64,000 nt of DNA from the UHGV virus genome UHGV-0039337. One strand, written 5' to 3'. A program made the position numbers and the translations under genes. The DNA is from a virus. This document shows, in pieces, positions 18,985 through 28,208 of the stretch (positions within the stretch are counted from its first letter, which is position 1; every line of letters begins with the position of its first letter). Below the pieces are notes generated by a model. The model did no database searches. It was not told the origin of the DNA and saw only the letters and a list, made by a program, of their open reading frames with translations.

Positions 18985-20934
18985 ATGGCTAAAAAAGAGC
19001 AGTTTGATGCTTTACAAATAGTAAATGACAGTCTAAAACTTTATGTAAAAGAAAAAATAGCAGAAGCGAAAATATCAGGTGGAGATGTTGATCTTAGTAA
19101 TTATGTTACTAAAATTACAGGTAATGCTAGTCAAATTACTTTTAATGATGGTCAATCTTTTCAAGATAAATTAAATAATGGCACTTTAAAAGGTGATAAA
19201 GGAGACAAAGGTAATGATGGTGCAATTGGACCTCAAGGACCTGCTGGTGAAAAAGGTGACCAAGGTGAAGTAGGGCCTCAAGGACCTGCCGGAGAAAAAG
19301 GAGATACTGGCCCACAAGGACTAGCAGGTGTTGATGGTACACCTGGAGCTAAAGGTGATAAAGGTGAAATTGGAGAACAGGGACCAAAAGGAGATACTGG
19401 ACCTGCCGGTAAAGATGGAGCTGATGGATTAACTACAGCTGTATCTGTTAATGGTGTTACTTATAACCATATTAATGGAGTAATTACATTGCCTAACTAT
19501 CTTAGTCAAATATATAAAACTCCTAAATTTATTACAACAACTACTACTTCATACAAAGATTCGTCAGGTAATACAGGTTTTACAATAGATTTAGGTATTC
19601 CTACGACTTCTGTATTATCTATAGATAGTATAGTTGTTACTGCTAAATATCAAAATACTGATTTAAAAATAACTCATGTAAAATTAGAAAACAATTCAAC
19701 TAATTGGAATTTATTGGCAACAGTAGAGGGATATGATGCTAATCAAAAATATACTGTATCAGTAGCCATATTTAATTATGGAGAAGAATTAACTGTAGCG
19801 GAAGCATTAAATAAATTATTTGCTAAAGTTTATTTAGGTTCTATATCTCCCGCTGGCTCTGGTAGTGGAGAAACTACTACTGAAACATTAACTATAAGCA
19901 ATATAGCAAATATAACACAAAATATTAAAACATCATTCTATATAGAATATAGCACTAATATAGCGGTGACAAAACATGAAGTATCGTGGGATGGTGGAGA
20001 CACATTCTATGATAAAACTGGTGACGTTACTTCTATTGGTAATAATCATAAGTTTTTACATGACGATAAAGCAAATGCTGGAACATATAACATGGCTATA
20101 AGAGTTACAACTGCTAAAGGTACAACTAAGACAAGTAATATATTTACTGTTACTTTAGTAGATAATAGTGAAGATGAATATGCTATGTCTTGTACTTCTG
20201 AATATATTCTAGACAAGATGTATCCAATGCCACAAAACCATGAAGCAGTACCGAGTGGTGTTACTGATACATGGGCTACTCAATCTCGTTGGGAGAATCA
20301 ACAAAGACCTACTGCCGCAGCACATAACTGTGGTCAAGCGAATTGTCCAGGAGCAGTACAATTTAAAGCTTTAGGTGCTTGGGCTAATGTATATAGAGTA
20401 AAAGATTCAGGATTTAGTTCTAATACTGGAGTTGAAATGAGAAACATAAAAGTTTACGGATGGTATAATGGTCAATGGGAAAAAGTACAAGATATGGCTG
20501 TGCCTGATGGTAATTTTTACACTGAAAGTTTCTCTGGAGATAGTAATCAATACTTTAGTGACAGTATTAAAACTACAAGCACTAGTAAAACTATAATTTT
20601 AAGAGAAAAAAATAAGGTTAATGGTGAAAACTGCATGTACCACCCATTCTCAAAAATAAAGAATTTTGATGTAAAATATGAATATGTATATACTTGCATA
20701 GATTTACGTAAGGTCAAATGGGATGAAAGTGGAGTAGATGATAGAGATAGTTCTCATTACTGTGCAAGTTGTGGTGGTGACTGGTGGTTAGCTGAAGGGT
20801 TAACATTTGATAGTAGTTGGCAACATAACAAAGGTGTAGCCCAACCTAAGATAATAGAAATTACAAATAAGTGGAGAAGATTCTCTATGACTACTGTTCC
20901 ACAAGACTGGACAAGTGGGTTTCCCACCAAATAG
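18985..20934 (+). CDS. Collagen-like tail fibre protein (649 aa)
   Basis: RBS gaaaggagctgatgca. The N-terminal [16 protein letters not shown] anchor motif is present. About 78 aa are uninterrupted G-X-Y repeats. It is followed by an [13 protein letters not shown]...VSWDGG domain that is paralogous to a segment of the 21692 protein. Confidence 0.85.
   Translation: MAKKEQFDALQIVNDSLKLYVKEKIAEAKISGGDVDLSNYVTKITGNASQITFNDGQSFQDKLNNGTLKGDKGDKGNDGAIGPQGPAGEKGDQGEVGPQGPAGEKGDTGPQGLAGVDGTPGAKGDKGEIGEQGPKGDTGPAGKDGADGLTTAVSVNGVTYNHINGVITLPNYLSQIYKTPKFITTTTTSYKDSSGNTGFTIDLGIPTTSVLSIDSIVVTAKYQNTDLKITHVKLENNSTNWNLLATVEGYDANQKYTVSVAIFNYGEELTVAEALNKLFAKVYLGSISPAGSGSGETTTETLTISNIANITQNIKTSFYIEYSTNIAVTKHEVSWDGGDTFYDKTGDVTSIGNNHKFLHDDKANAGTYNMAIRVTTAKGTTKTSNIFTVTLVDNSEDEYAMSCTSEYILDKMYPMPQNHEAVPSGVTDTWATQSRWENQQRPTAAAHNCGQANCPGAVQFKALGAWANVYRVKDSGFSSNTGVEMRNIKVYGWYNGQWEKVQDMAVPDGNFYTESFSGDSNQYFSDSIKTTSTSKTIILREKNKVNGENCMYHPFSKIKNFDVKYEYVYTCIDLRKVKWDESGVDDRDSSHYCASCGGDWWLAEGLTFDSSWQHNKGVAQPKIIEITNKWRRFSMTTVPQDWTSGFPTK
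19192..19427 (+). repeat. Collagen-like G-X-Y triplet repeat coding region
   Basis: [79 protein letters not shown]. Confidence 0.9.
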
Positions 20935-21685
20935 TGATAGTGAAAATGAAACTGTAACAGTTGATGCTCTAGAAATATTGCCTTCATTTACTTATGCTGA
21001 TATTCCAGAAGAAGGAACTAAAAATTTATATGTAAAATTATCTAGTAAACCAGATTCAGATATTATAGTAAATACTACTTCATCATCACAATATTTATCT
21101 TGTTCACCTTCTTCATTGACTTTTACAAATACAAATTGGAGCGTATCACAAAAAATAGCTATAAGCTCATTAAAAGATAATAATGAATCTGATGATACAT
21201 ATAATATAACATTGTCATCAAATGATTTATCTTCTAAAGTTTCAATAGAAGTTACTGATGCTTCTAATAGCAATTATGAAATGTTATATGATAATGGTGT
21301 ATTATCTCATGGTACTTTGACTTTAAACAATGCTACAAATTATGGAAGCTATATTACAATAACTCAAAACGAAAATTCTTCTGTTATGATAAGTGGTTAC
21401 CCTATATCATTAAATAAAAATGATAAGGTTTATTTACAGTTAGGATTAGACACATCAGACCCAGCTTCTACATATTCTATAAAAATAGGTCAACTTGGAG
21501 ACTCATCAGCTAATGACATAAGTAATAGTAATATGCTTACAGAGCAACAAATATCAAACGCATTAGATGGTGATAAAATATTAACATATTGGACTGTAGC
21601 AAATGCAGTATCAAATATTGATTTAACCATTACATCATATTATGCTAGAGTTAAAATTTATAAGATATATATTGAAAGGGGGTAG
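20915..21685 (+). CDS. 256-aa lectin-like module, possibly a +1-frame continuation of the 18985 product or an independent or pseudogenised ORF
   Basis: GTG start with no RBS, overlapping the last 20 nt of the upstream gene in the +1 frame. Its C-terminal domain ([17 protein letters not shown]...[15 protein letters not shown]) is paralogous to aa ~750-880 of the 21692 protein, where it is fused in a single polypeptide. Confidence 0.5.
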   Translation: MGFPPNSDSENETVTVDALEILPSFTYADIPEEGTKNLYVKLSSKPDSDIIVNTTSSSQYLSCSPSSLTFTNTNWSVSQKIAISSLKDNNESDDTYNITLSSNDLSSKVSIEVTDASNSNYEMLYDNGVLSHGTLTLNNATNYGSYITITQNENSSVMISGYPISLNKNDKVYLQLGLDTSDPASTYSIKIGQLGDSSANDISNSNMLTEQQISNALDGDKILTYWTVANAVSNIDLTITSYYARVKIYKIYIERG

Positions 21686-21691
21686 TAATTT

Positions 21692-24600
21692 ATGGCTAAT
21701 CAAATAATAAATTCAAAAAATTTAACTTCAAAAGAAATTCCAGAATTATATATAAGATATTTTAATTCAAAGGTAAAAATAAATACAGATATAACTATTC
21801 CTTATTATGTATCAGATAATACTCAAGCTGAATATCTAAATAATAGTAATGCTAAAAGTTTTACAACTATAGTTACATTTAATTCAAAAGTATTTTCCAG
21901 CACTACTACTGCTGGAGAATTTACTATTAATATAGGGTCTGTATCTACTGTAGGAGAAACTTATTTTAGTATTTATACTATAGATAACAATGGTGTTGCT
22001 AGCGCGGAACAATTTTTTGATATACTAATTATAGATGATACATATCCAATAACTCAAAGTCAAACTTACACTATGACTTCAGCAGATTTATCTACTTACA
22101 ATATAAAAGCTGGAGAGTCTGTATCTATAAGTGATGCTAAATTAAACGGAGCATCTTTAATAAGTTTATTTAAAGGAGTTAAAGATAAAGGTTATAGAAA
22201 AATTATAATGCTTAATAATATCTATATGCTAGATTACCATGGAAATAAAGTTATTCTTCCAGACCAATTTACTGTGGATATGAATGGGGCAACTTTTAAA
22301 GCTACACAATGTAATGATATAAATGTAGCTAATTTAGTAGATTTAAGAGATTGCTTTGATTCTCATGTAATAAACGGAAAACTAATTGGTAATTATGATG
22401 GATTTGATTTTGCGGCAACAAAAACTAATACTAATTATAACATACCTGGAGAAGGATTGGCTGTTGCTGAAATTAATGGTGCTAGATATTCTTCATTTGA
22501 AAATATGGATATGTCTTACTCAGTAGGGTATAACTTAGGAGTTTTCGGTGGAAAAAAATCAGGGTATGTTGGAACTCCAGGAAAATTAGCTTTTAAGAAT
22601 CAATACTATATTGATGCCAATGGAAATCAAGTAAATAGTTCAGATATGTGTACAACTGATATTATAGATATTTCTACTTTATTAGACAGAGGAGAGTTAC
22701 AATGTAGTGTATATTTAGGATATGGAGGATTATCATTAGATAAAGCAGAATTATTTATACATTTTTACGATAGCTCTCAAAAATATCTAAAAACTATAAA
22801 AACTAGACAATATCAAATAGTAAAGATTCCTGCAGGAGCAAATTATGTAAGAATAACTGGGTTTACTTCTGTAACTGAATCTTCTGGTTTAACTATATGT
22901 TGTACAGGACAAGCGACTAATTGTGAATTAATAAATATAAAATCTCATAATACCAGAACTTGTGCTATGCATCCAGGAATTTATAATCATCTGCTTATAA
23001 AAGATTGTACATTCAACAAAGTTGCAGATGAGAATGAATATAAAGTAACTAAATTAGCTTTAGACTTTGAAGATGGATATGAAAACGGAAGAAATTTATT
23101 CTTTATAAATAATGAAGTATATGATGGGACTTCAGCACTAACAGTTCAGAGATGTTTTAATTGTAATGTTATTAAGTGTAGAAATTTTGGATTAGACTTA
23201 AGAGGACATATAAAAGGAGCTTTAATTAAAAATAATTTCTTTAATGAAGGAAGCATATATACAACTAATTTTGATTCCCAATCTCATATGAAATTAGATA
23301 ATAATACATTCTTCAGATCTTTGAAATTTTTAAAATGGGATGATAAAGGAAATTACCCTACAGTAGGATTGACTAATTTAGACTGTAAACAAAATTATCA
23401 AAATAATTCTAATACTAATGTAGTAATAGATAATGCTGTTAATGGAAGTGGTAGTGGAGGAGCTCCATCTCAAACATATTATAATATTATAAATAATATA
23501 TCAAATTGTACTACTGATAATAGTGATAATTTAGTATTGAAAGATTCTTCATATAAAGCTACGATAACTCCAAAGAGTGGATATGATATAACTTCAATAA
23601 CTGTAACTATGGGTGGAGTTGATATAACTTCTACTGCATTATCTGGACATACGATAAATATAGAAAAAGTTACTGGAAATGTTAATATAAATGTAACTAC
23701 TAAAGAAATAGAAAGTTATAGAATAACAAATAATTTAACTAATTGTACAAATTCAAACACTACAAGTAGCATATTAAAGAATAAAAGTTATAGTGGTACT
23801 ATAGTATCTAATGAAGGATATGATTTATATAGTATAACAGTAACAATGGATGGAACCGATATAACTTCATCTTCTGTAAGTGGAAATTCTATAAATGTAT
23901 CTAGTGTAACCGGAGATATTATTATAACAGCTGTATGTACTACAGAAGTGACTGAGGTTATATATGACAACGGTACTCTAAATAAAGGTACATTTAAATT
24001 GAAGAATGCTACTGCTGAGAGTACTTATATCAGAATAAATCAAAATCAAGATTCTTCTGTTACTATAAATGATTATAAATTAACTTTGAATAAAAATGAT
24101 AAAGTTTATATGGATATAGGATTAGATACTGATAGTCCATCAAATGGATATTCTATAAGAATGCTTCAATTAGGAGATTCTTCAGTAAACAATTTTACAA
24201 ATACAAATATGATAAATGAATCTCAAATATCTACTGCTTTAAATGGTAAAGATAAAGTTACTATATATTGGACTATAGCAAACACAGTATCTAATATTGA
24301 TTTAACATTAACATCATATTTTGCTAGAGTTAAAATATTTAAAATTTGGATAGATAAAAATTCTACCGAATCTGGAGGTGGAGGAACCACTCCAGAAACA
24401 TTAACTATTAGTAATATATCCAACATGACACAACCTGCTCAAACAGAATTTTATATAGAATATACTACAAATATAGCTGTAGTAAAACATGAAGTGTCAT
24501 GGGACGGCGGTAACATGTTCTATGATAAAACTAGCGATGTAACTTCTAATGGAACATCATATAAATTTAAACATGATAATGCAGGAACTGCTGGAACATA

Positions 24601-26026
24601 CAAAATGGCTATAAGGGTTACTACTTCAAGTGGAGAAACTGTAACAAGTAATATATTCACAGTTACTTTAATGAATGATAATGGATTAGTTTTCACGCAG
24701 TATAAAAAATTAGATGATGGTGTAGTTACAGATACTACGGATACGAAATACCATAGTACTATTAATAAAATATCAGTAACTCCATCAGCAAAATATACAC
24801 TTGATCTAAAACCTGTAAGTTATGTTTGTATATGTTTCTATGATAATAATGACACTTATTTAGGTAATAATTCAGGGGGATACATAGAAAACCATACATC
24901 AGATTGGTCAGTTGGTTCATTATCAACAACTTTTACTGTGCCAGCTAGTGCTTCATATATTAGAGTATGTGGTACAACTGATGATACACAAGTAACAGGA
25001 ACACTAACTAAATCTTCTTCTGGTACAGGTACAAGTACAAGTGAATTATTAGATAGTGATGGCGCTTACGTTATAGATGATTTCTCAAGTAACACAATAG
25101 ATTCTAATAAATGGTCATATGAATTGGGTTACGTAAGAAATAATGAAACTCAAAGATATACAAATACAAACGCTGAAGTCAACGACGGTATATTAGCTTT
25201 AAGAGGTTTAAAGGCCAGTGATGGTTCATGGACATCTGCATCTATTATTTCAAAAGGTCACTTCGCCTTCATGTATGGTAAAATAGTTGCCAGAGTTAGG
25301 GCTTGTAACTTAAATGGAGCATTTGGAGCATTTTGGACTTTAGGTGATTCATTTGAATTTGGATATAAAGAAAATGGTAGTCCTGATACATTAGGTGAGT
25401 GGTGGGCATACTGTGGTGAGTTTGACGTTATGGAATTTTACAATGGAAAATTGACTTGTGGCACTTTCTTCAATCAAAAGGAAGAAAGTGGACGTGTATG
25501 GTACAACAATTATCCAACTGGTGATTGGCATGAATTCGCAATGGAATGGAAAACTGACGGTACATTAATTTTTACTATTGATGGTAATGAGTTAAGTAGA
25601 ACAAACGCAACAGATAATAGAGCATTCCATATACCACACTTTATACTACTTAATCAAGCAATTGGTGCTAGTGGTGGTACTCCTGATAGTAATACTACAG
25701 AAATCACTCAATACGTTGACTGGGTTAAATATTATCCACTAAGTACCGATAACGTAGTATTAAATTCTAGTGACTTTACACTAGCTGCTATGGATGCTAA
25801 TGATAGTTCACATAACTGTATGGTAAGACCTACTTTTAATGACAACTGTATTAATAAATCATTAACATGGAGTTCTAGTAATGATAGTCTTGTATGGGTT
25901 CATAGTGGATTATGTAGTACTTATGCAGGAGCTAATGGTGAAGTAATAATAACTGCCACTTCACACTCAGGTGTATCAAAACAAATTACATTAACAGTAG
26001 CAGACGGAATACTACGTGCTAAATAA
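21692..26026 (+). CDS. 1444-aa tail fibre/depolymerase with internal tandem Ig-like repeats, a C-terminal GH16 (beta-glucanase/laminarinase-like) domain and a terminal Big_2 domain
   Basis: RBS gaaagggggtagtaattt. The GH16 catalytic signature is GEFDVMEF (E-x-D-x-x-E) in a Con-A-like context (WTSASIISKG...GAFWTLG). The terminal Big_2-like segment is LTWSSSNDSLVWVHSG...GEVIITATSHSG. Confidence 0.85.
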   Translation: MANQIINSKNLTSKEIPELYIRYFNSKVKINTDITIPYYVSDNTQAEYLNNSNAKSFTTIVTFNSKVFSSTTTAGEFTINIGSVSTVGETYFSIYTIDNNGVASAEQFFDILIIDDTYPITQSQTYTMTSADLSTYNIKAGESVSISDAKLNGASLISLFKGVKDKGYRKIIMLNNIYMLDYHGNKVILPDQFTVDMNGATFKATQCNDINVANLVDLRDCFDSHVINGKLIGNYDGFDFAATKTNTNYNIPGEGLAVAEINGARYSSFENMDMSYSVGYNLGVFGGKKSGYVGTPGKLAFKNQYYIDANGNQVNSSDMCTTDIIDISTLLDRGELQCSVYLGYGGLSLDKAELFIHFYDSSQKYLKTIKTRQYQIVKIPAGANYVRITGFTSVTESSGLTICCTGQATNCELINIKSHNTRTCAMHPGIYNHLLIKDCTFNKVADENEYKVTKLALDFEDGYENGRNLFFINNEVYDGTSALTVQRCFNCNVIKCRNFGLDLRGHIKGALIKNNFFNEGSIYTTNFDSQSHMKLDNNTFFRSLKFLKWDDKGNYPTVGLTNLDCKQNYQNNSNTNVVIDNAVNGSGSGGAPSQTYYNIINNISNCTTDNSDNLVLKDSSYKATITPKSGYDITSITVTMGGVDITSTALSGHTINIEKVTGNVNINVTTKEIESYRITNNLTNCTNSNTTSSILKNKSYSGTIVSNEGYDLYSITVTMDGTDITSSSVSGNSINVSSVTGDIIITAVCTTEVTEVIYDNGTLNKGTFKLKNATAESTYIRINQNQDSSVTINDYKLTLNKNDKVYMDIGLDTDSPSNGYSIRMLQLGDSSVNNFTNTNMINESQISTALNGKDKVTIYWTIANTVSNIDLTLTSYFARVKIFKIWIDKNSTESGGGGTTPETLTISNISNMTQPAQTEFYIEYTTNIAVVKHEVSWDGGNMFYDKTSDVTSNGTSYKFKHDNAGTAGTYKMAIRVTTSSGETVTSNIFTVTLMNDNGLVFTQYKKLDDGVVTDTTDTKYHSTINKISVTPSAKYTLDLKPVSYVCICFYDNNDTYLGNNSGGYIENHTSDWSVGSLSTTFTVPASASYIRVCGTTDDTQVTGTLTKSSSGTGTSTSELLDSDGAYVIDDFSSNTIDSNKWSYELGYVRNNETQRYTNTNAEVNDGILALRGLKASDGSWTSASIISKGHFAFMYGKIVARVRACNLNGAFGAFWTLGDSFEFGYKENGSPDTLGEWWAYCGEFDVMEFYNGKLTCGTFFNQKEESGRVWYNNYPTGDWHEFAMEWKTDGTLIFTIDGNELSRTNATDNRAFHIPHFILLNQAIGASGGTPDSNTTEITQYVDWVKYYPLSTDNVVLNSSDFTLAAMDANDSSHNCMVRPTFNDNCINKSLTWSSSNDSLVWVHSGLCSTYAGANGEVIITATSHSGVSKQITLTVADGILRAK

Positions 26027-26120
26027 TAGATGATATCGGCAGTAATAATGAGAAGTAAAATAAAGAAATATTTTATTATATATAGCGTTAATATCATATT
26101 TATAAAATGTTTAATATAAC

Positions 26121-26149
26121 GAGAGGTCTTTTACAGACCTCTTTTATTA
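26121..26149 (+). terminator. Rho-independent terminator
   Basis: agaggtct-tttac-agacctct is a perfect 8-bp stem, followed by tttattat. Confidence 0.75.
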
Positions 26150-26200
26150 TTTATTCACTTACCGGTAATATTTCAATGAATGAAAGGAGTGATAATTCAT

Positions 26201-26713
26201 ATGTCAGATAATTTAATACATCCTTATTACAATCATGGTTATGCCCGTTATGATATAGATATTAATGATGTAATAGCTGGTCTTAAAAAAGCCGGATATA
26301 TATTAGATGATTCAGATAACGATACGGATGATAATTTTGATAATTTAGACTCTAGCTTAAGGCTTGAAGTGTTAAGCACTCGTGGCACACGTTGTAATAG
26401 TACAGGATTTAATACAATATTATACCCTAGATTATATAAAAATAATATAGATATAACAGATGAAGTACCTGTTAGTAATTTTAAATGGAGAAGAGTTAGT
26501 GGCAATAGTGAAGTAGCTCGTCTTGAGGATGCCGAATGGAATTTACGTTATGCTAATGGTTCTAAAGAATGTTACGTTACAAAAGATGATATAAAACGTA
26601 ACAGTACATTTACATGTTTATATGTAGAATATGAATATCAAGATGTAGCTTATGTTAATACAGCGTATAAAGCTTATATAAATAATGCAAATTTAAATGG
26701 TGGTGATAATTAA
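26201..26713 (+). CDS. Hypothetical protein (170 aa)
   Basis: ATG at 26201 with RBS gaaaggagtgataattcat. The track start at 26180 reads through the RBS. The stop overlaps the next start (taATGg). Confidence 0.7.
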   Translation: MSDNLIHPYYNHGYARYDIDINDVIAGLKKAGYILDDSDNDTDDNFDNLDSSLRLEVLSTRGTRCNSTGFNTILYPRLYKNNIDITDEVPVSNFKWRRVSGNSEVARLEDAEWNLRYANGSKECYVTKDDIKRNSTFTCLYVEYEYQDVAYVNTAYKAYINNANLNGGDN

Positions 26714-28197
26714 TGGCTTATGAAAAGGTAAAAGCCACTGCTTCAGTTACAATAGTAGATGAAACTGATGCTTCGATACTTACTGGTAATATGCTTGTAG
26801 TTAAAGGTAGTAAGAATCAGATATATATAACAGGTCAAGGTAATCCTTATTCTCCTGACTGGACTAAAAACAATCTTGTTATTCGTCCTTTCTTACAGGC
26901 TAGTAATATTACTAAAGAAGATTCAACTAATGTTGAATACAATCCTGATTTATTTGATCCTAAAGAATATCCTAATTCTATATCTACTTATGGATATATA
27001 CGTGATATACATTGGTTTATTCGTGATAATGCGGGAGTAGAAAAAGAGTTACTTGATTCTAGTGATTGTTCTTTCTCTTATTCTTACAATATAGATGGTA
27101 TTGCTACTATGTGTACTGATGGAAGACAATTAGTAATTAGGGCTAACATGCTATCTAAAAATACTACTGCAGATATAGTATGTAAATTTAGTTTTTATGA
27201 TCCATTTGCTAATATGTATATTAGTCAGCAACTTGAAACTACTATAATTAATATTGCGAGTGGTCAATCTAACAGTAAACTATTAACATCTTGTGTTAAC
27301 GGTAGCGCAATAACCAATACAGGAAATTCATATATAGATATTATAGCTAAATTTTATGATGATACTGGAGAAATAAATATAGATGAATTAATAAGTAATG
27401 GTGATGCTAACGTATCATGTTTATGGTATATAAGACGTTATGATGGATGGATACTATTAGATCCAACAGAAGCTGGTCAAAGCTCAGCTAATATAGATAC
27501 TATGATGTATAAAATAATGAGAGTTAACTCATATAATGATGTTAGCGGTACATATGAATTAGTCGATTCTAATAATGCAAAAGGTAATGCAGCACTTCGT
27601 ATTTATCCTGCATTTATATCAGGATCTGAAATAATTAAATGTGTATTTACCGATCCTACTGGAGCTAAATATAATTCATTACAAGTAATATATGATGCAA
27701 CTGATCCTACTAGTGTTGAATTATATTGTAGTAACGGTAAAAGACTTAAAAAAGGTAGTATAGAAAATACTACTGTTAAAGCTATCGTTACTTATAAAGG
27801 TAGTCTATTGGAAGATGATAGCCCATTATACAATACAGAATTTGATTATTATTGGTATAAATATACTATAACAGATGATGTATATGTTAATGTATATAAT
27901 GATGCCAACAATAATCTTATAGAGAACGCTGATTTAAACAATCCTATAAAAGGTAAAAGAACTTTATTTATTAATACAGATGCTATTACATCTGATGAAA
28001 AGGAAGCGCGTTTTAGTCTTGATTTAGTTGAATATGGTGCTTTATCTGCTGAAAGTGCACAGGCTAATTATTTAGCCAATGCTGTATCAGAAGAAGATTT
28101 AGCTACTGCTATGGCTGTTAATAATAATATTGGTATGAATGAAAATGATGTGCAAGCTGCTATTGTTACAGCACAAGAATTAAATACTTTAGAGTAG
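26713..28197 (+). CDS. Virion structural protein (494 aa), paralogous N-terminus to the next gene
   Basis: N-terminal MAYEKVKATASVTIVDE versus MAYTALAKASVTIELFE in the 28209 gene. Start is translationally coupled to the upstream stop. Confidence 0.75.
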   Translation: MAYEKVKATASVTIVDETDASILTGNMLVVKGSKNQIYITGQGNPYSPDWTKNNLVIRPFLQASNITKEDSTNVEYNPDLFDPKEYPNSISTYGYIRDIHWFIRDNAGVEKELLDSSDCSFSYSYNIDGIATMCTDGRQLVIRANMLSKNTTADIVCKFSFYDPFANMYISQQLETTIINIASGQSNSKLLTSCVNGSAITNTGNSYIDIIAKFYDDTGEINIDELISNGDANVSCLWYIRRYDGWILLDPTEAGQSSANIDTMMYKIMRVNSYNDVSGTYELVDSNNAKGNAALRIYPAFISGSEIIKCVFTDPTGAKYNSLQVIYDATDPTSVELYCSNGKRLKKGSIENTTVKAIVTYKGSLLEDDSPLYNTEFDYYWYKYTITDDVYVNVYNDANNNLIENADLNNPIKGKRTLFINTDAITSDEKEARFSLDLVEYGALSAESAQANYLANAVSEEDLATAMAVNNNIGMNENDVQAAIVTAQELNTLE

Positions 28198-28208
28198 GAG
28201 GTGTAATT

